A stretch of DNA of 64,000 nt from Paraspadella gotoi. Its lineage: Eukaryota; Animalia; Chaetognatha. The translations under genes were made by a program, and so were the position numbers. Location of the stretch: assembly GCA_051294375.1 (NCBI GenBank), contig CM119263.1, positions 8,622,908-8,686,907 on the forward strand, read 5' to 3'. The number at the start of each line of letters is the position of its first letter. Within the stretch, counting starts at the first letter, position 1. Of this stretch, positions 39,797 to 53,036 are shown piece by piece. The notes below the pieces were generated by a model. That model saw only the letters and a program-made list of their open reading frames with translations, had not been told where the DNA came from and searched no databases.

Positions 39797-40667
39797 GAAA
39801 GAAAAAAGAAAAAAAAAGGAAAGATGAAAAAAAAGAAGGATAGAAAGATGGATGGATGGACGGATTAATTGATTGATTGATTGATTGATTGATTGAAGGA
39901 ACGCACTAAAAGAAGAAAATAAATTATGTAGGAGGCAAGAAAAGAAGGAAGAAAACAAAAATTTAATTTCTAATTGCCTTTGATAATATCTTTCTCAAAC
40001 ATTAAGTACAGCTTCATATTTCTTCTCCCCGATCCGTTCTCCTCTTCTTTCTCCCCATCCCGCAGTGCTCCGTCGACGCCCTTGCCGACGCACTCGTCGT
40101 CGACGTCATCAACTGTCCCCCTCTCGTCGGCGACACGAAACTGAAATTCAGTTCGACGGACAAACGGGTCCCCGTCGCCTACGACAAATGCGCTTGGTTC
40201 TTTTGGTTCCACTCGGCCTTCGTGGATTTGGGTGAGGATGGGCTTGAGAGGGGCTTCTGGGAAGCCTTACCTTTTCGTCTTAAAGGAGAGATTTGCTCGA
40301 GGTTCGTTGAGAGCCCGTAAATAATTTGAATTTTCAAATATGAATTCCCAAAGAGCGCCCGCAACCGCCCGCAGCCGCCCGCTTGCAGTGATGGGAATTT
40401 GAAATTCAAACTTGGCCTTGTTTAAATTTATTTCCCTTGTCAAATTTCTAAATTTCTATCACCCTTCCGCATTATTTATAACTGAAACTCACTGTGCATT
40501 TGTTCTCTTTATTATTCTCCCCTCCAGAGGCGCTCAAACTCTTTATTCCGCGAGATGAACTCGATAATCCGCACAAAAAGAAAACTTGGAAAGTTTATCG
40601 CGAAGGATTCGGAGTGGAACTTACCTTCGCGCTGCACCAAGAGGATGGTCGCGTCGAAAGGGATTAA
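36190..40667 (+). CDS. TPTE: Voltage-sensing phosphoinositide phosphatase (TPTE/VSP)
   Basis: 11 exons. S1-S4 voltage sensor ([44 protein letters not shown]) and linker [13 protein letters not shown]-like domain [42 protein letters not shown], catalytic HCKGGKGR (GG = VSP-type), [14 protein letters not shown]2 domain ends [19 protein letters not shown]. Confidence 0.96.
39398..39520 (+). repeat. (AATCAAATC)n intronic repeat
   Basis: Fills most of a VSP intron. Similar tracts at ~46420-46460 and ~60105-60170. Confidence 0.9.
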
Positions 40668-41468
40668 CAGGGTTGGGCGAGAGAGATACTTTTCATCTTC
40701 GTTTTCATTCAGCAATTAAATGTTTTTTTACGTAAATCTATTCTTTTACTTTTATAAAGCTATTGAGCTTAGGGATATGTTAACAATGGAAATGAGTAAA
40801 ATATATAGAAGAGACAGTAATTATTGATATGTTAGTGACAGAACCGTTCAATGTAAGCAGTCCCTGAGCTTCGGATCAGCATATAACATCGTGTTACAGG
40901 TGGGTTAAGCGGCCCGTACCTCTTAACTGCTAGTCAGCCGCCGGGAGAGAACCCCGGACCTTTGGGGTTGGAAGGCGAATGACTTGTCTCCGGCACCAAT
41001 GGCCGCTGAAGAACGGTTGGTGGATTTTAGTCCAACATAACATGACTCATAAAAAGATTAAGACATCCGAAGATGATTCGCTTTTCGATTTAAATTTCCA
41101 AACTTGGACTCGAAAACTCAAACAATTGGGTCCCATGACAGACGCTCCCAAATTCAAAGCAGGTTTTCTCGTGTCCCGAGATCGCCGCTTATTCTCCTTT
41201 CTTCCGTTGCCTGCAGCAGAAAATGCATACGCCGCGTACACCGCTGCTGCTGCTGTTTCATAAAAAAAACTCGTGACTTCTGCGTCATGACCGGATTGGC
41301 GTGTTCCGTTCCGAGCCCGGGAACCAGGGACCCTTTGAATAACAGAGATCCCTGGATTCGTTACTTTTTTCAATCTCCATTCTTTTCGTCGGTCGAAAAA
41401 AAAAATCCTCTCTTTCGAATCGATCCTCATTTACAAAAATACCCAAACTTAACGTTGTTGCTCAAAAT

Positions 41469-42901
41469 ATGACCGTTTTAGGTAAGCTCTCCGTTCTTTA
41501 CAGGTTTTAGTTTTTAATGAAAAATTAGAGTAGATACGTAATTTTAATTTTGTAATAACAAAAATAACAAACAAATAGTAAGAAATTCCTGAAAACGGGA
41601 CTCAACATTCGTCCTCGGTTTTATAAGCAAAAAAATACTTTATGATTATATATTATATATTATATATAGTTAATAATTATGTAGAAATTCCGGGTGAGAA
41701 ACCTCCGCCGCTGCCGATGGCGCCGCCGGAGCCACCGACGCCGGTTCAGCCTCGTTCCATTCTCGTCCGGCGTCCCAAGACCGTCATCTTCGGCGTCTTT
41801 CTCTTGGCCTTCGCCATCGGTTTTCTCGGCGGCGGCGGCGCCGGATTCCGCGTAGGGCATCACCGTCGATGCCATCACGAGGATCACGGAGACGATCACG
41901 ATCGCCACGATCACCGTCAGGGTGATGCCATAAATCACATGTGAGGCCGCTTTTATTGACTATTTAATTAAGTCAGTTAAAGTATTTAATTGTATTAAGA
42001 GAACGTCATTTATGTATTTCACTTTTGAAAGTTAAAACAAATCTAGCCTAGTATGGCAACAGCCGGGTTGCCTGTGATGCCCATTGGGATGGGGCATCTA
42101 TCTTACTGTTGGCTTTGTGGGCTTCCGACCCTCAGTGACGCATCCAGTCACTGGCGCGGTTACCCTAGGACGGTATCGCTTCGCCAACGCAGAGAGAAGT
42201 CGTCAGGACTGTGGATGGAACATTACGCCAGGGATGGCGTCTTCCCCCTCTGAGCCAATGAATCTGGCTGAACGATGGTGGACGTGTTGCATTTTAGTAA
42301 CGGAACTGTGTTTGTGTCTCCTTTTTTGTGTATCTGTCTGTTTGGATAAGAAAATTCAAAAATATTACCATTTGAATCATGTAAGAAAATATATTATAAA
42401 AAGTTAAAAGTGTAATTAAAAAAAAAAATTAACTGATGCTATTGTTCAGTAGAATATTGGATATTTGCCTAGCCTTGATGCAATAGAAGAATTTTTGGAT
42501 TATATTTTTTATTCTTCGGTCTGGCTAATTGAAAATCTTTTAAATATATAAAATTATTAATATATTTCGAAGATTCCGTTAGAAAAAAACTGAAAAACTG
42601 AACTCACCCAAGCATTTCTTTTTTTTTAAAATTGATTAAACTGTACCAATCATATTTCAGGATCCAAAGCGTGGACATGAACCAGATCAACCGCATGATC
42701 AATAGCGTAAATTGGTTCGAGCTGAGTCACATGGCGTCCAAGTGGATGGGGGACATGAAACGCTCCCCCGAACAGATGAAGGAAATGTATGAGCATTGGC
42801 AGACGATGATGAAGCACATGGAGCGTTTTGGGTCCCACTTGCTGCAGCCGGGCGGTTCGACGCCGACGCCGACGTCGTCGACAACAACAACCACGACCTA
42901 A
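41469..42901 (+). CDS. Type II single-pass membrane protein with His-rich and Met-rich C-terminal region
   Basis: Exons 41469-41481, 41684-41940 and 42661-42901 join in phase. They give MTVLEIPGEKPPPLP...VIFGVFLLAFAIGFLGGGGAGF RVGHHRRCHHEDHGDDHDRHDH...MIQSVDMNQINRMINSVNWFELSHMASKWMGDMKRSPEQMKEMYEHWQTMMKHMERF...TTTTTT*. Confidence 0.8.
42050..42275 (+). mobile_element. Structured repeat copy B (intronic)
   Basis: Homologous to 6494-6713. Hairpins ggcaac/gttgcc, gatgccc/gggcatc, cagtgac/gtcactg. Confidence 0.7.
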
Positions 42902-45439
42902 GCATTTTTGTTGAATAGCTGCAGCTCAAAAAGCTGAGAAAAACTCTTTTCGCTTGCGAACGAGAGAAAAAAAAAAGAAAAAGAAATACATAAAAAAGAA
43001 ATAAAACCGTCGTAAATTTATTTGTCAAGCTGTTTTTGTTGTGAATTGGAAAAAAAGAAATCGCTCAATCGGAGTATTTACAAGGAAGTACGCCAAGTTC
43101 GAAGGAGCGTGCATAAAAACGAAATGAATTAAAACTGTAACTGAAAATTTTCATTTGAATTTATTTTAGGAACTGCGTTTTTTTTTCATCTGGAATAAAA
43201 TAAGAACTTGACTATTTAAAAGTGTCTCTTTATTTCAGTTTTAATAAAAGCTACTCCAAATTACAATATATAAGTTAGTTTTTGTATAGTTTTTGTATAG
43301 TGAAGAAAAATTTCAAAAATTAAATAAAAAAAAAGGAATATTATTTCCTTCATAAAACAAATTATTTCCATCGGATGACCATTTCCCATATTTTACGAGA
43401 GGACAAGATTACAAAAAGCAATTTAAAAAGAAAACCGATTTTTCTTTTTTTATTTCAGAAAAAAAATTTTTTCATACCATTAAGAGTAAATTTAACAATA
43501 TAACTTGTATGACTATTATTAAACATTTTTGAAAAAAATAATGTTAGAGATATAGTGTAAAAACAACCCGTTGAAGTAATGCATCCAAAAATCAAATTTC
43601 TTTTTAAATCAACCCACCCAGAAGACAAATAGTGCGATCTTCATCGAATAAGAAATTGAACGTATTCCGTAGGGATGCATGAGCGCGAATTATGAACCCA
43701 GCTGTTTAATATGAAGATTATGCGGAAATTAGTGAAGAAAAAAGGGGAGAAGAAAAATATTACAATAGAATTCATGATTAAAGCTCTATCAGAGTCCAAT
43801 TTATTGTCCATAGTGATTCCCACTCAGAAATTACTCTTTCTCTCTCGGAACACATTCGATCTCTGTTATTATATGTAAATTCCACTCGTCAGTAGCGATA
43901 ATGTAGTGATGTAATATCACTATCCGTTGGATATGACTGTTCCTTCCCTCAGCGCCGTTTTAGCGCACTGGGCTAATTCTTCATCTCCGAAGCTAATGGT
44001 CTAGCTCTTGTCGGAACAGTCCTTGCAAAGAGAGTGACGGGCCGGTTAAACCACCGGTAGAGAGCCTACCGCCGATCAAAAGTTCGGAAAGCAAGATATA
44101 TTGACGGCATGACGACCCTTTGTCCTCTCGGTCACTTCAATAGAATCGATCGTGAGTTGAGATGTTAAACTCACCCGTTATCTTTTTGGATACGAAAGAC
44201 ATTCCCAGCGAGCGAAGATCGATCTGAGTTTTCCCGAAGTTGACAAGAGGCTTCTTGATACCTTGCAAACAGGTCTGATTCTGGCTCGTCGGCGCTGATT
44301 TACAGAGACTTGAAATAATAATCATTATCTACACACCGACAAGTTAACCTTACTAACGACGTTGAATTTTTGTTGGTAGGTAGAGAATGTGACGTTTTCC
44401 ATTTTACCGATGAGATAACCGCTCGCGATTCGTGATCCTAGAAGGGAAACCGATATCCGTATATACAATTATATAATATACAATTATACAATATACATAG
44501 ATACACGGATTTGAATAAAGATTTTAAAAAAAATTGTTCTTTTTCTAAGAATGTTATTCGAAAGCTTGAGAATTCAAGAGGTCAGAAGTACATAATGTAT
44601 TTTTAACCTGAATATGGAATGCTGTGGGCTTGCCCGTGCTTTCGGCTTACGTACCCGGGCACTAAAAATATAGGATGTTGAGTTGGTAGTTTCACAACTT
44701 CGTAAAAAGAGTATACAATTTTTTTTCAAATATGGAAGCCTCCCACATCCTCTATGCCCTTTGGTTAGGCAAATCCTTCCCCACGAAGGTAAATTTTCTT
44801 TATTTTGCCCATAAGACGAACATCCTGCAAAAATAAATAAATATATTTCTAACCCTGAAATATTTCGGTCGGCCATAAATTTCCGTCAGTCATCAAATGC
44901 AACCTCTTTCTCAAAACTCAACTCAACTCACCCACTGGCCAGTCTCACCGTTTGTGAAGCGTGAATCTCCAAGCTAGGCCTTCTGATTCCCGCCAAATGA
45001 ACTCCGCTGAAAAAGCATTTTTGTCTCTGGGAACGGATGGGCCAGTTGAAGTCACGAGTGTAGATTAACTGAGGATTAACTAATAAAGGTGATTAACTAG
45101 TCTAGAGTTAAACATTAGTACTATTAGAAACATTCTTAATCTTTGATTCTAAATAAGTAGACATTTCATCTTATCCTCGAAATGTCGAGTCCCGAAAATA
45201 TACTACAAATTCGTACTTTAAATTTATGTTTCTATGATTTTCACAATCAGTCAGAAAAATTTTTTTTTCTTGTCTCTCTATTTTTTAATTCGCTATCGAA
45301 GTAGTAATAAATGCACTTTTTTAATCGTTTTTATTATCACTATATTAGAGCCTTGTAACAAATGAAAATCGAAACTCGATGTTGATTAACAATTCCTGTT
45401 CATTTGTTTCATTTGGTCGAAAAATGTGGCGCTTTAAAC

Positions 45440-46530
45440 TCAATGATGATAAACGACGAAGTCGTCCTCGCTTCGACAAAAGATGCAGCGTCGGCAGACA
45501 GGGCACGTTCCCTACAACACGAAAGGAAAATCCAAAACAAAACGAGGACAATATCAACGAAAACGAAACGAAACGAAAACGAAAATAATCGACTTTGACA
45601 AGAACGATAAGCTTAAAAACGGACGTGATCTTTGAGCCAATCCTTCAAGCATCTAGGATGATATTGGTGGCCGCAAGAGAGACGCTTGAGATATTCGTCA
45701 TTTTCGAATTCGTCGAAACAGATGACGCATTCCTCGACGTCGTCGTCGTCCACTGAAAGTGACAGTGAAGGCAGAAGATGGTCAGTCGCCGCCCCCCTAA
45801 TTGTACATCTCCCCTGAAAACACTAAGTATTCGAATAGGTTTTATGGTTATCTATTTTTTTAATGTTATCATGAAACGATATTCTTTTATGGAAAGCGAA
45901 ACAAACAACAATAAAACGTAAATTTAGTAAGTAGCGAATTCCTCAACAATTAACAATTTAAATCTAAAATATAAATAGTAAATGATAACATTATATTTGA
46001 TAATAAATAAGTAATAAATGAAGCATTTAAACCTTCGCTGCGCTTTCTTTTTCTTCCCCTAGGGACGTCGTTTTCGTTAGCGCCAGGCGCCGCCGACGGA
46101 AAAGACTCGCCGTCCGTGATCACGATGGACCCGTCCGTTCGGCGCGAGACGACCATCCTGTCCCCGACGACCACAGTTCCGCAGGCGGTTACCACAATTT
46201 CGTGGGTGTCGGCCGTCGTCTTCTCTGTGGTCCGGTGGGCGTCGTCAACCACCTTAGAGTCACCGGCTTCGGTCTTTCGCGATTTCGTCGTGGTCGTCGT
46301 TGTAGTCGTCGTCGTCGTCGTCGGATTGACGAATCTTCGAGATTCGATTCGATCGAAACTCGCATCGTCGACTCGACCGTGAACGGAATCATGGATGGAA
46401 TCTGCATGAGTCGATCTATCAATGAAATCAATCAAATCAATCAAATCGATCAAATCAATGTACACCGAAACGAATATAATACTAATTCCTATCAATAATC
46501 AATGAGGGGGACCTCGTCCCGGATGAAAAC
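45440..46530 (-). CDS. RING-H2 finger protein (putative E3 ubiquitin ligase); 5' end unresolved
   Basis: Exons ~46413-46032, 45752-45626 and ~45511-45440 give ...RKRKRSEVDDDDVEECVICFDEFENDEYLKRLSCGHQYHPRCLKDWLKDH|GTCPVCRRCIF..., a full C3H2C3 pattern. Confidence 0.85.
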
Positions 46531-47621
46531 ATCTCCCTAAATTAAAGAGACTCTCCGACCTCTGATCTGTTTTCCGATCGTTTGCCTGGCAACGTCGGTC
46601 AAGTCGTTCCATCCATCGATCAAAGACTCGCACTCAAGCGGAAGGTCCACTATCGTTAAGCCTTTATAAATTTTGAAGAACCATTAAAAAAATATGCGTT
46701 CGTTCAATGAATAAGCCATCTTGGCCGTGACTTTGGGATGGGCGATGATGGGTTTTTACGTACTCCATCACTCTTGCGAGCAGGATCTCGCAAGCTCGAC
46801 AGTCGTACTCGCTCGATAAAACCTCGTATTATTCAATGAATTTTCTTTTTCAAGAACCCAAAGATCATTAAGAGACACGGACCAAATATCGGAGAGCATT
46901 GCCTTACCTAAATCTTTAACGATCACGGGCTCCGCGTAAAAATAGCATTCCTCTCTCAAATTCGTCACGTTTCGCGGAGCCAGTGTCACCAGATACATAT
47001 TTCTTGGGTGAGGTCGCGCTGGACCCGCTCGAAAAATTGCGGACGAGTTGGAAAAATAAAATAAATACTAAACCTTATTTCTAAGAATCGAAGCTAAACT
47101 CGATCGCGCGATGCTTTTTTTGTGTGTAAGGAAGTCGGTTGTCGCTTGGAAGGACATCTGTGAGAAAACTTTTTTGTTTTTCTCGACATTTGTTTTTAAC
47201 AAGTCAAGAGTTATGACATAACTTATGTGCCGAAAGTTTTTCTTTTTTTAATATTAGCAAGGACCAGCGTACGGCATGGTCATGGACCACAGGAACAGTG
47301 ATCAGTGAATACTAGCCACTGGCCAGTTTACGGATTTCTTAGATGCTCCAAAAATAGCTCTATTTCTTGTCTTTTTTTTTGAACGGTCGCTCTTAAAATT
47401 TATCTTATTACGTATATAACTAATAAAAAGTTATTTCCTTTATTTTTCTGCAAAATAGTAAGTTTCAAGTAAAAGATAATTAGTCAGCGGAAGTAGCGAC
47501 GTTAATCTCGAACGTAGGAGGGAAAGAGATGAAGAAAAAAAAACTTTGTCAGAAAATGTGGATAACGATACGTCAAGAGTTCATCTCATCAAGAATATTT
47601 TAGTCTGATCGGTCTGAAGTT

Positions 47622-47666
<45 letters not shown>

Positions 47667-48043
47667 AGCCTTTTCTGTCAAATTAACTTCGAAATGATTC
47701 ATCTAAAATTTATGATAAACTTACCTCCTTGTTGATGCGACGAATCAACAGTGTGCAAACAGGATTGTTTTTACAGTCAACGATTTTACATCTGTAGAGA
47801 ATTTGCGAATTATTAAATATGCGAATAAATTATTGCCAAAGGCATGGCTGTATGAAAAATCTAAACAAATGTATCTTTAGCTTTATACTGGCTTCGGCAA
47901 ATTTGTGAGCTTTTCTTATTTATAACATCATGCGTACAAAAGGTCAACAGCATTAATTGGGCTCCTACTTATTGATGGTATTACCTGCCATTATCGAGAG
48001 ACAGCAAAAAAGTGAAAATGAAGAAAATCATTGACGGTGACAT
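46530..48043 (-). CDS. Probable secreted protein (partial model)
   Basis: MSPSMIFFIFTFLLSLDNGR|CKIVDCKNNPVCTLLIRRINKE from exons 48043-47985 and ~47791-47725. Further exon-like blocks at ~47157-47075, 47000-46907, 46824-46720 and 46652-46530 have phases not fully reconciled. Confidence 0.45.
47252..47285 (-). mobile_element. Possible Helitron 3' terminus
   Basis: Minus strand gacca-tgccgtacgc-tggtc hairpin followed by cttgCTAA|T. Confidence 0.25.
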
Positions 48044-48593
48044 CCTGTTTTTTTTTTGTTTCATCAAACAACACGAACTTTTTTTGATAAAGTCGCTCCA
48101 AAATTCAGATGCTGGAATTTTTTAAAAGAGAAAAATCTCTCTGCTTGTTATACTTAAGAAGTTAGAAAATGTCCGCCTTAAATATTCTGAAGAAAACGCT
48201 CGTTTGTCAAGAAAGACGATTCTTATGTCCAAAATGACAATTTCCGTTGTTTCTATAAACATATGGCTTCTTATTATTGGTACTTTATAGGACAAAATTT
48301 TCTTCTTCGGCGTAATAAATAACAATAATAAATCCTTCGAATTAGGCGGCTTATAATTTCGTTTATCATTTGATAGACTAAAATATCAATTTTGTACAAT
48401 GAACAATAGTTAAATTCGTTTTTATCAGTCAAAAAAAAAATATATATTATGGCAACGTTGGGGAGCCGCCTTTACTCGGACCACAATTGTCAGTCGGGCT
48501 TTGGTTTGATAAACAATTCACAATTTTCAAAAACGATTACAATAAACTGAACCCGTGATGCCATTTTTTTTTCTCTTGATCTTCTATTGATCC

Positions 48594-49748
48594 TCAAGGA
48601 GTCATTGCAATGCAGACTTCTGCCTCCGGTGTCATGTTCTCCAAGAGCTTAAACGCCTCTTGCAGATGGTTGAAGGCCTTGGAAAGTTCCGAGGGCTCCA
48701 CCCGGTTCAGGCAGTGTTTCTCGTGATGAATCCTGGTAAAGTACGTTATTAACGTGTTATTATATGGGTAAACGGGAATTTGAGACTTTTAATTTTTTTC
48801 AAGCTAGAGTCTAGATATTTAAAGCTAAATATACTGACATATGACATTGGATTCCCGATCTGAAGATGGAACAAGTGTTAGTTCCATCTTTAATTCCGTC
48901 CACCCAGTCGAAGACGCAGTAATCATCGGCTCTGAGGTTATCGCCGCAGCTGTCCTTGTCTGAACAAGGAGAAAACCAAGTAAACTTTCGAGCTCATACT
49001 AAATTAGTAGTATTACTCATTCAGAATCGTTTTCGGAAATCGAAATCTGGACGAAAAAACCAACCATTTTGTGTGACGGTGTAAGCGTGTTCCGAGTCAA
49101 TGCCCGTTTTGTCTTCTTCCAAAAGGGGACATCTTCCGCTAAGTCTGAGTTAGATCGAAATGATTGCATTGTTTAAAAATATATTTTAAAATAGTCCTGA
49201 CCCTAGGTTGAATTAGTTTTGCAACTACCATCAAAGATGAATTCTCGAGTAACCGTCGAAGAATGGTCCTACCTGTGATAATAGCCGCCGACCCTGGCCA
49301 CCGTTCGCAAGACGTTCAGCGTGTCAGACTCGAACCTCGCCGAATACGTTTCGATGTATTGAATGAAATTACGGTAGAGGTCGCAAATTTGCAACATGAA
49401 TTCTGAGGGTGAAACGTTGAGAATCGGCGACGGAAGTATTTTTTAGGTTTTTATCTATTCACTGTGTACTACACAGTGTGTAGCGTGTACCGTCTCGATT
49501 TTTGCTGAAATCTATATCCTTGATCGTCGACGCGAGGCCCAGCGTCACTTCTTTCATCAGTTCGGCGCCTTTGTCGTTCCCGCGGACCTCTTCGCACTGC
49601 GACCACGCAATCGAAGGTGCGGGGACAACCAACGAAACAAATGGAACAATTCATGGTTGCCACAATGTATCCATTTTGTAATAAATGGCAATTTTCATTT
49701 TACCTGCGCGACGACCACCATCGCCAAGAAAACAAGTAATGTCTTCAT
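48594..49748 (-). CDS. Secreted Cys-containing, probably helical orphan protein (~210 aa)
   Basis: Six exons in consistent phase: MKTLLVFLAMVVVAQ|CEEVRGNDKGAELMKEV...|EFMLQICDLYRNFIQYIE...|LSGRCPLLEE...|DKDSCGDNLRADDYCVFDW...TCSIFRSGIQCHM|IHHEKHCLNR...EVCIAMTP*. Confidence 0.85.
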
Positions 49749-52119
49749 CTTGGTAATAAAAATTTATATTTTTTTTGTACTGCAAGCTAGTTTTGTTCTT
49801 TAGGTTTCTATATATTTTTAATTTGTTTAGGCTTTTCGAGTCACGAGATTTCGCTGTTTCGGATTCAAGGGTCAAAACCTTTAAAACTGAAGGCCTCAAA
49901 GGTCGCGTCCCCGGGCGATAAGCGTCGCGATTTCGATCAGGGTAGATATTTTTCAATGAATTTTTGAGGAAAAAATTTTTTTTTTTGGAATGACTTTTTA
50001 AAATTATTAATATCTCATCCAGGAAAATGAAATTTAAAAATAATTTACTTGTAAAGTTGCTAGTTTTTACTATTTTTTTAAAACTCATATTCTTAAATAA
50101 AAATGCACTAAAAAAAACGCTGTATGAAAAAATAAAATAATAACTATTACTCAATGTTTGCATCTTAATCTTTAATGGCGGCATTTGAAATTTAAAAACC
50201 CCTTGCTATACTCAGTACCGCAGATCGAGCGAATCCTAATCGTATTACTTAATTTCTATTCTCTTCCTTTCTTCCTCTCTCTTTCGCCTCTATAACCCTC
50301 AAAGGTTCTTTCTTTAATTCAATATAAATTTAAGGTTAATCCAATATGATCAAACTCGAGACTGCGGGTTTAACTTCGTAACCAATGTTTTACTGACTTT
50401 ATTTATTAATTCGAGAGTGAGAAAAAGAAAGGGCCAGTAGGCAATCTAAATGTTTGCGTCTTTCTACAAAATAAACATTTTGGCGAAAAAGCCTTTTTTC
50501 TTGTGAAACGAAAAAAACATATGATCTTTAAATGCGAGCTCGCTTTTACAACCATCGTTTTAGTCTCCAGTCGATGCATCTTAAATTGAAAGTTTCCTCT
50601 TACTGCAAAGATGCACTCAGTCACCGAGTACAAGTGTGTGCGTGTTTACCGTATACCTCACTTACACTCCATTAACTAGAAACTTTAGACATCTAAGGCA
50701 TTTTTGACATCCATAGTGTTCTTGACATCTAAGCCCAAGGTAAAGGCCGATTTCTCTAACCTAACTTAGATTGATAGAAAAGATTAAAATAGAGAGAGAG
50801 AGAAAGAGAAAGTGAGAGAGGGAGAACCGAATACGATCGCCAGAAAATATTTTTTTCTTTTTTTCAATTTCTTTATATATAGTGTAGATTGTGTAGTGAA
50901 GAAGGATTAAAAACCTTATTTGCATATTGTAGTTTATTATTCAAATAAATTATAAAAATTTCATGGTTAACCGGAATAGAGTTGAGACACGAAAAAAAAA
51001 AATCGATATATGAGAATTCATTAAAATCGATTAACTTTCAGAAACGAAAACAGTAAAACCTTTTAAGGTATTAAACTTTAAATTCAAAGAAAGACGTCAT
51101 CCGTCAAAACTAAGCATGCGCCGTCTTTTTTAGAAATTTTTGATTTGTAGATTAATAGAAATAAAAAGAAAGAAACAACTAACCTATGGGGTTAATAGAA
51201 TAGCAATGCTGTTAAATTCGAAGGCATCCGTCCGCAGATTATTAATAAATACCAAAAAATAGTGGAAACTGTATAGGCAAAGTTTTTTTGCTCCAAATAA
51301 AAGTTCAAGAAGTGAAAAGAAACCTAACCCATTCGCCGCATAAATCTCCAAACGCCTTCGACTCGTCGAAAAGGTAAGTTACCCTTACCTCTCGTGGAGC
51401 GAAACACGAGACTTCGATCGATTTCGTCTATCGCGTCGTTATCGTCGTCGTTATCGTCGTCGTTTCGTTGTCGCCGTCGTCGAAAGCTTCCTCACCTGAT
51501 CCTTACTTTCCGGCGCGCTCTCTTCGGTCGTCGTCGTCTTCGTCGTCGTCGTCTTCGTCGTCGTCGTCGTCGTCTTCCTCGTCGTCATCGTTGCTTCGCT
51601 ATCCGTTTTCACTTCCGTTGAAATCGAAAACGCTAAACGTCATTGCGAAATAATTTAGACGCAAACTAAAGAAGAAAAAAAAACTACATAGGTAGAACAA
51701 TAAAATCATTGAGATAAACATAAAACTTTTAAAACAAATTTATTTACAGTCCACCGGTTGAAAATGAATTTTTAGTCGTCATTTATTCCACCCTTGCCGA
51801 GTCGCTGACGGCCACTCCATCGCAGCTTTATTCGCACGCAAGTTTGCCCGGGACCGTATCGCTCCGCGCACGTGGCTACGTCAGCTTTTTTATTTTCTGC
51901 GTGCGCACTCTTTCGTATCCTTCGCGTCCCTGTCGTTTGGCAGTGAAGCTTCGTTGTTAACTTATACAAAATAGTCGCAGTTTGCGGAGGCGGCGGAAAA
52001 TTGGAGGCTAATTGTCTCGATCGTCTCTCTCTCGCTCGCGATACAGGTCGAGGAAAAAAGAAAGTGAGCGAGACCCAGAAAAAAAAAAACAACAGAAAAT
52101 AGGACCCAGGAAAGACGAT

Positions 52120-52546
52120 ATGACACCGGAAATGGATTGGCGCCCGATTTTTGTTGCGCATTTTTGTTGGTGGATTCAACTTTCCTCCGCTGCATCACAT
52201 TCGAGAAGGACGACGCTTGGGTGAGTTGACATTGGCTCGTTGTTTTTTCTTCTTTCCTTTATTTTTTCTTTCCTTTTTTTCTTTCTTTACGTCCTTCCTT
52301 CCTTCCTTCCTTCCTTTCCTTTCTTTCCTTCTTTTCTTCTTTTCCTTCCTTCCTTCCTCTTCCTTCCTTTCCTTCTTCCTTTTCCTTTCCTTCCTTTCCT
52401 TCCTTCCTTTCTTTCCTTTCCTTCCTTTTCCTTTCCCTTCCTTTTTCCTTTCCTTCCTTTTCTTCCTTTCCATCCTTCCTTTCTTTTTTTTTTCATTCAC
52501 TCCTTTTTCTAACAACCAACATTTTCTTATCAACCTTTACTTCCTC

Positions 52547-52625
<79 letters not shown>

Positions 52626-52730
52626 GCTCTCTCTCCTCTCTCTCTCAGGTTAAACAAACTGGAAAGGTTCCTGATACCATCTTCCGCCTCGTCGCCGTCG
52701 TCGTCGTCGTCGTCGTCATCTTCGTCGCCA

Positions 52731-52766
<36 letters not shown>

Positions 52767-52950
52767 ACGCAATCGATGAAATCGATGCCGACTTTGGGTC
52801 GAGATTCGGATTGGGAGCAAAATATCAACAAATCCGGCAGCCAACTCAATCGATCAGGTGAACAAACTCGTTATATATGACATTTATCTGTTTTTTTTGT
52901 CTTTGTTATTTGTCCTAATTTTAATAATTTATCTTTTTTATATTTTATCG

Positions 52951-53036
<86 letters not shown>

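Noticed and set aside
40855-44100. Canonical hammerhead, twister or HDV ribozymes
   Set aside because: I could not assemble complete catalytic cores by eye (no matched CUGANGA/GAAA stems, no GUCCYAAGC, no HDV L3).
45600-46400. Plus-strand gene suggested by cctag acceptor at 46062
   Set aside because: The minus strand gives a complete RING-H2 motif, so the plus-strand frames are antisense shadows.
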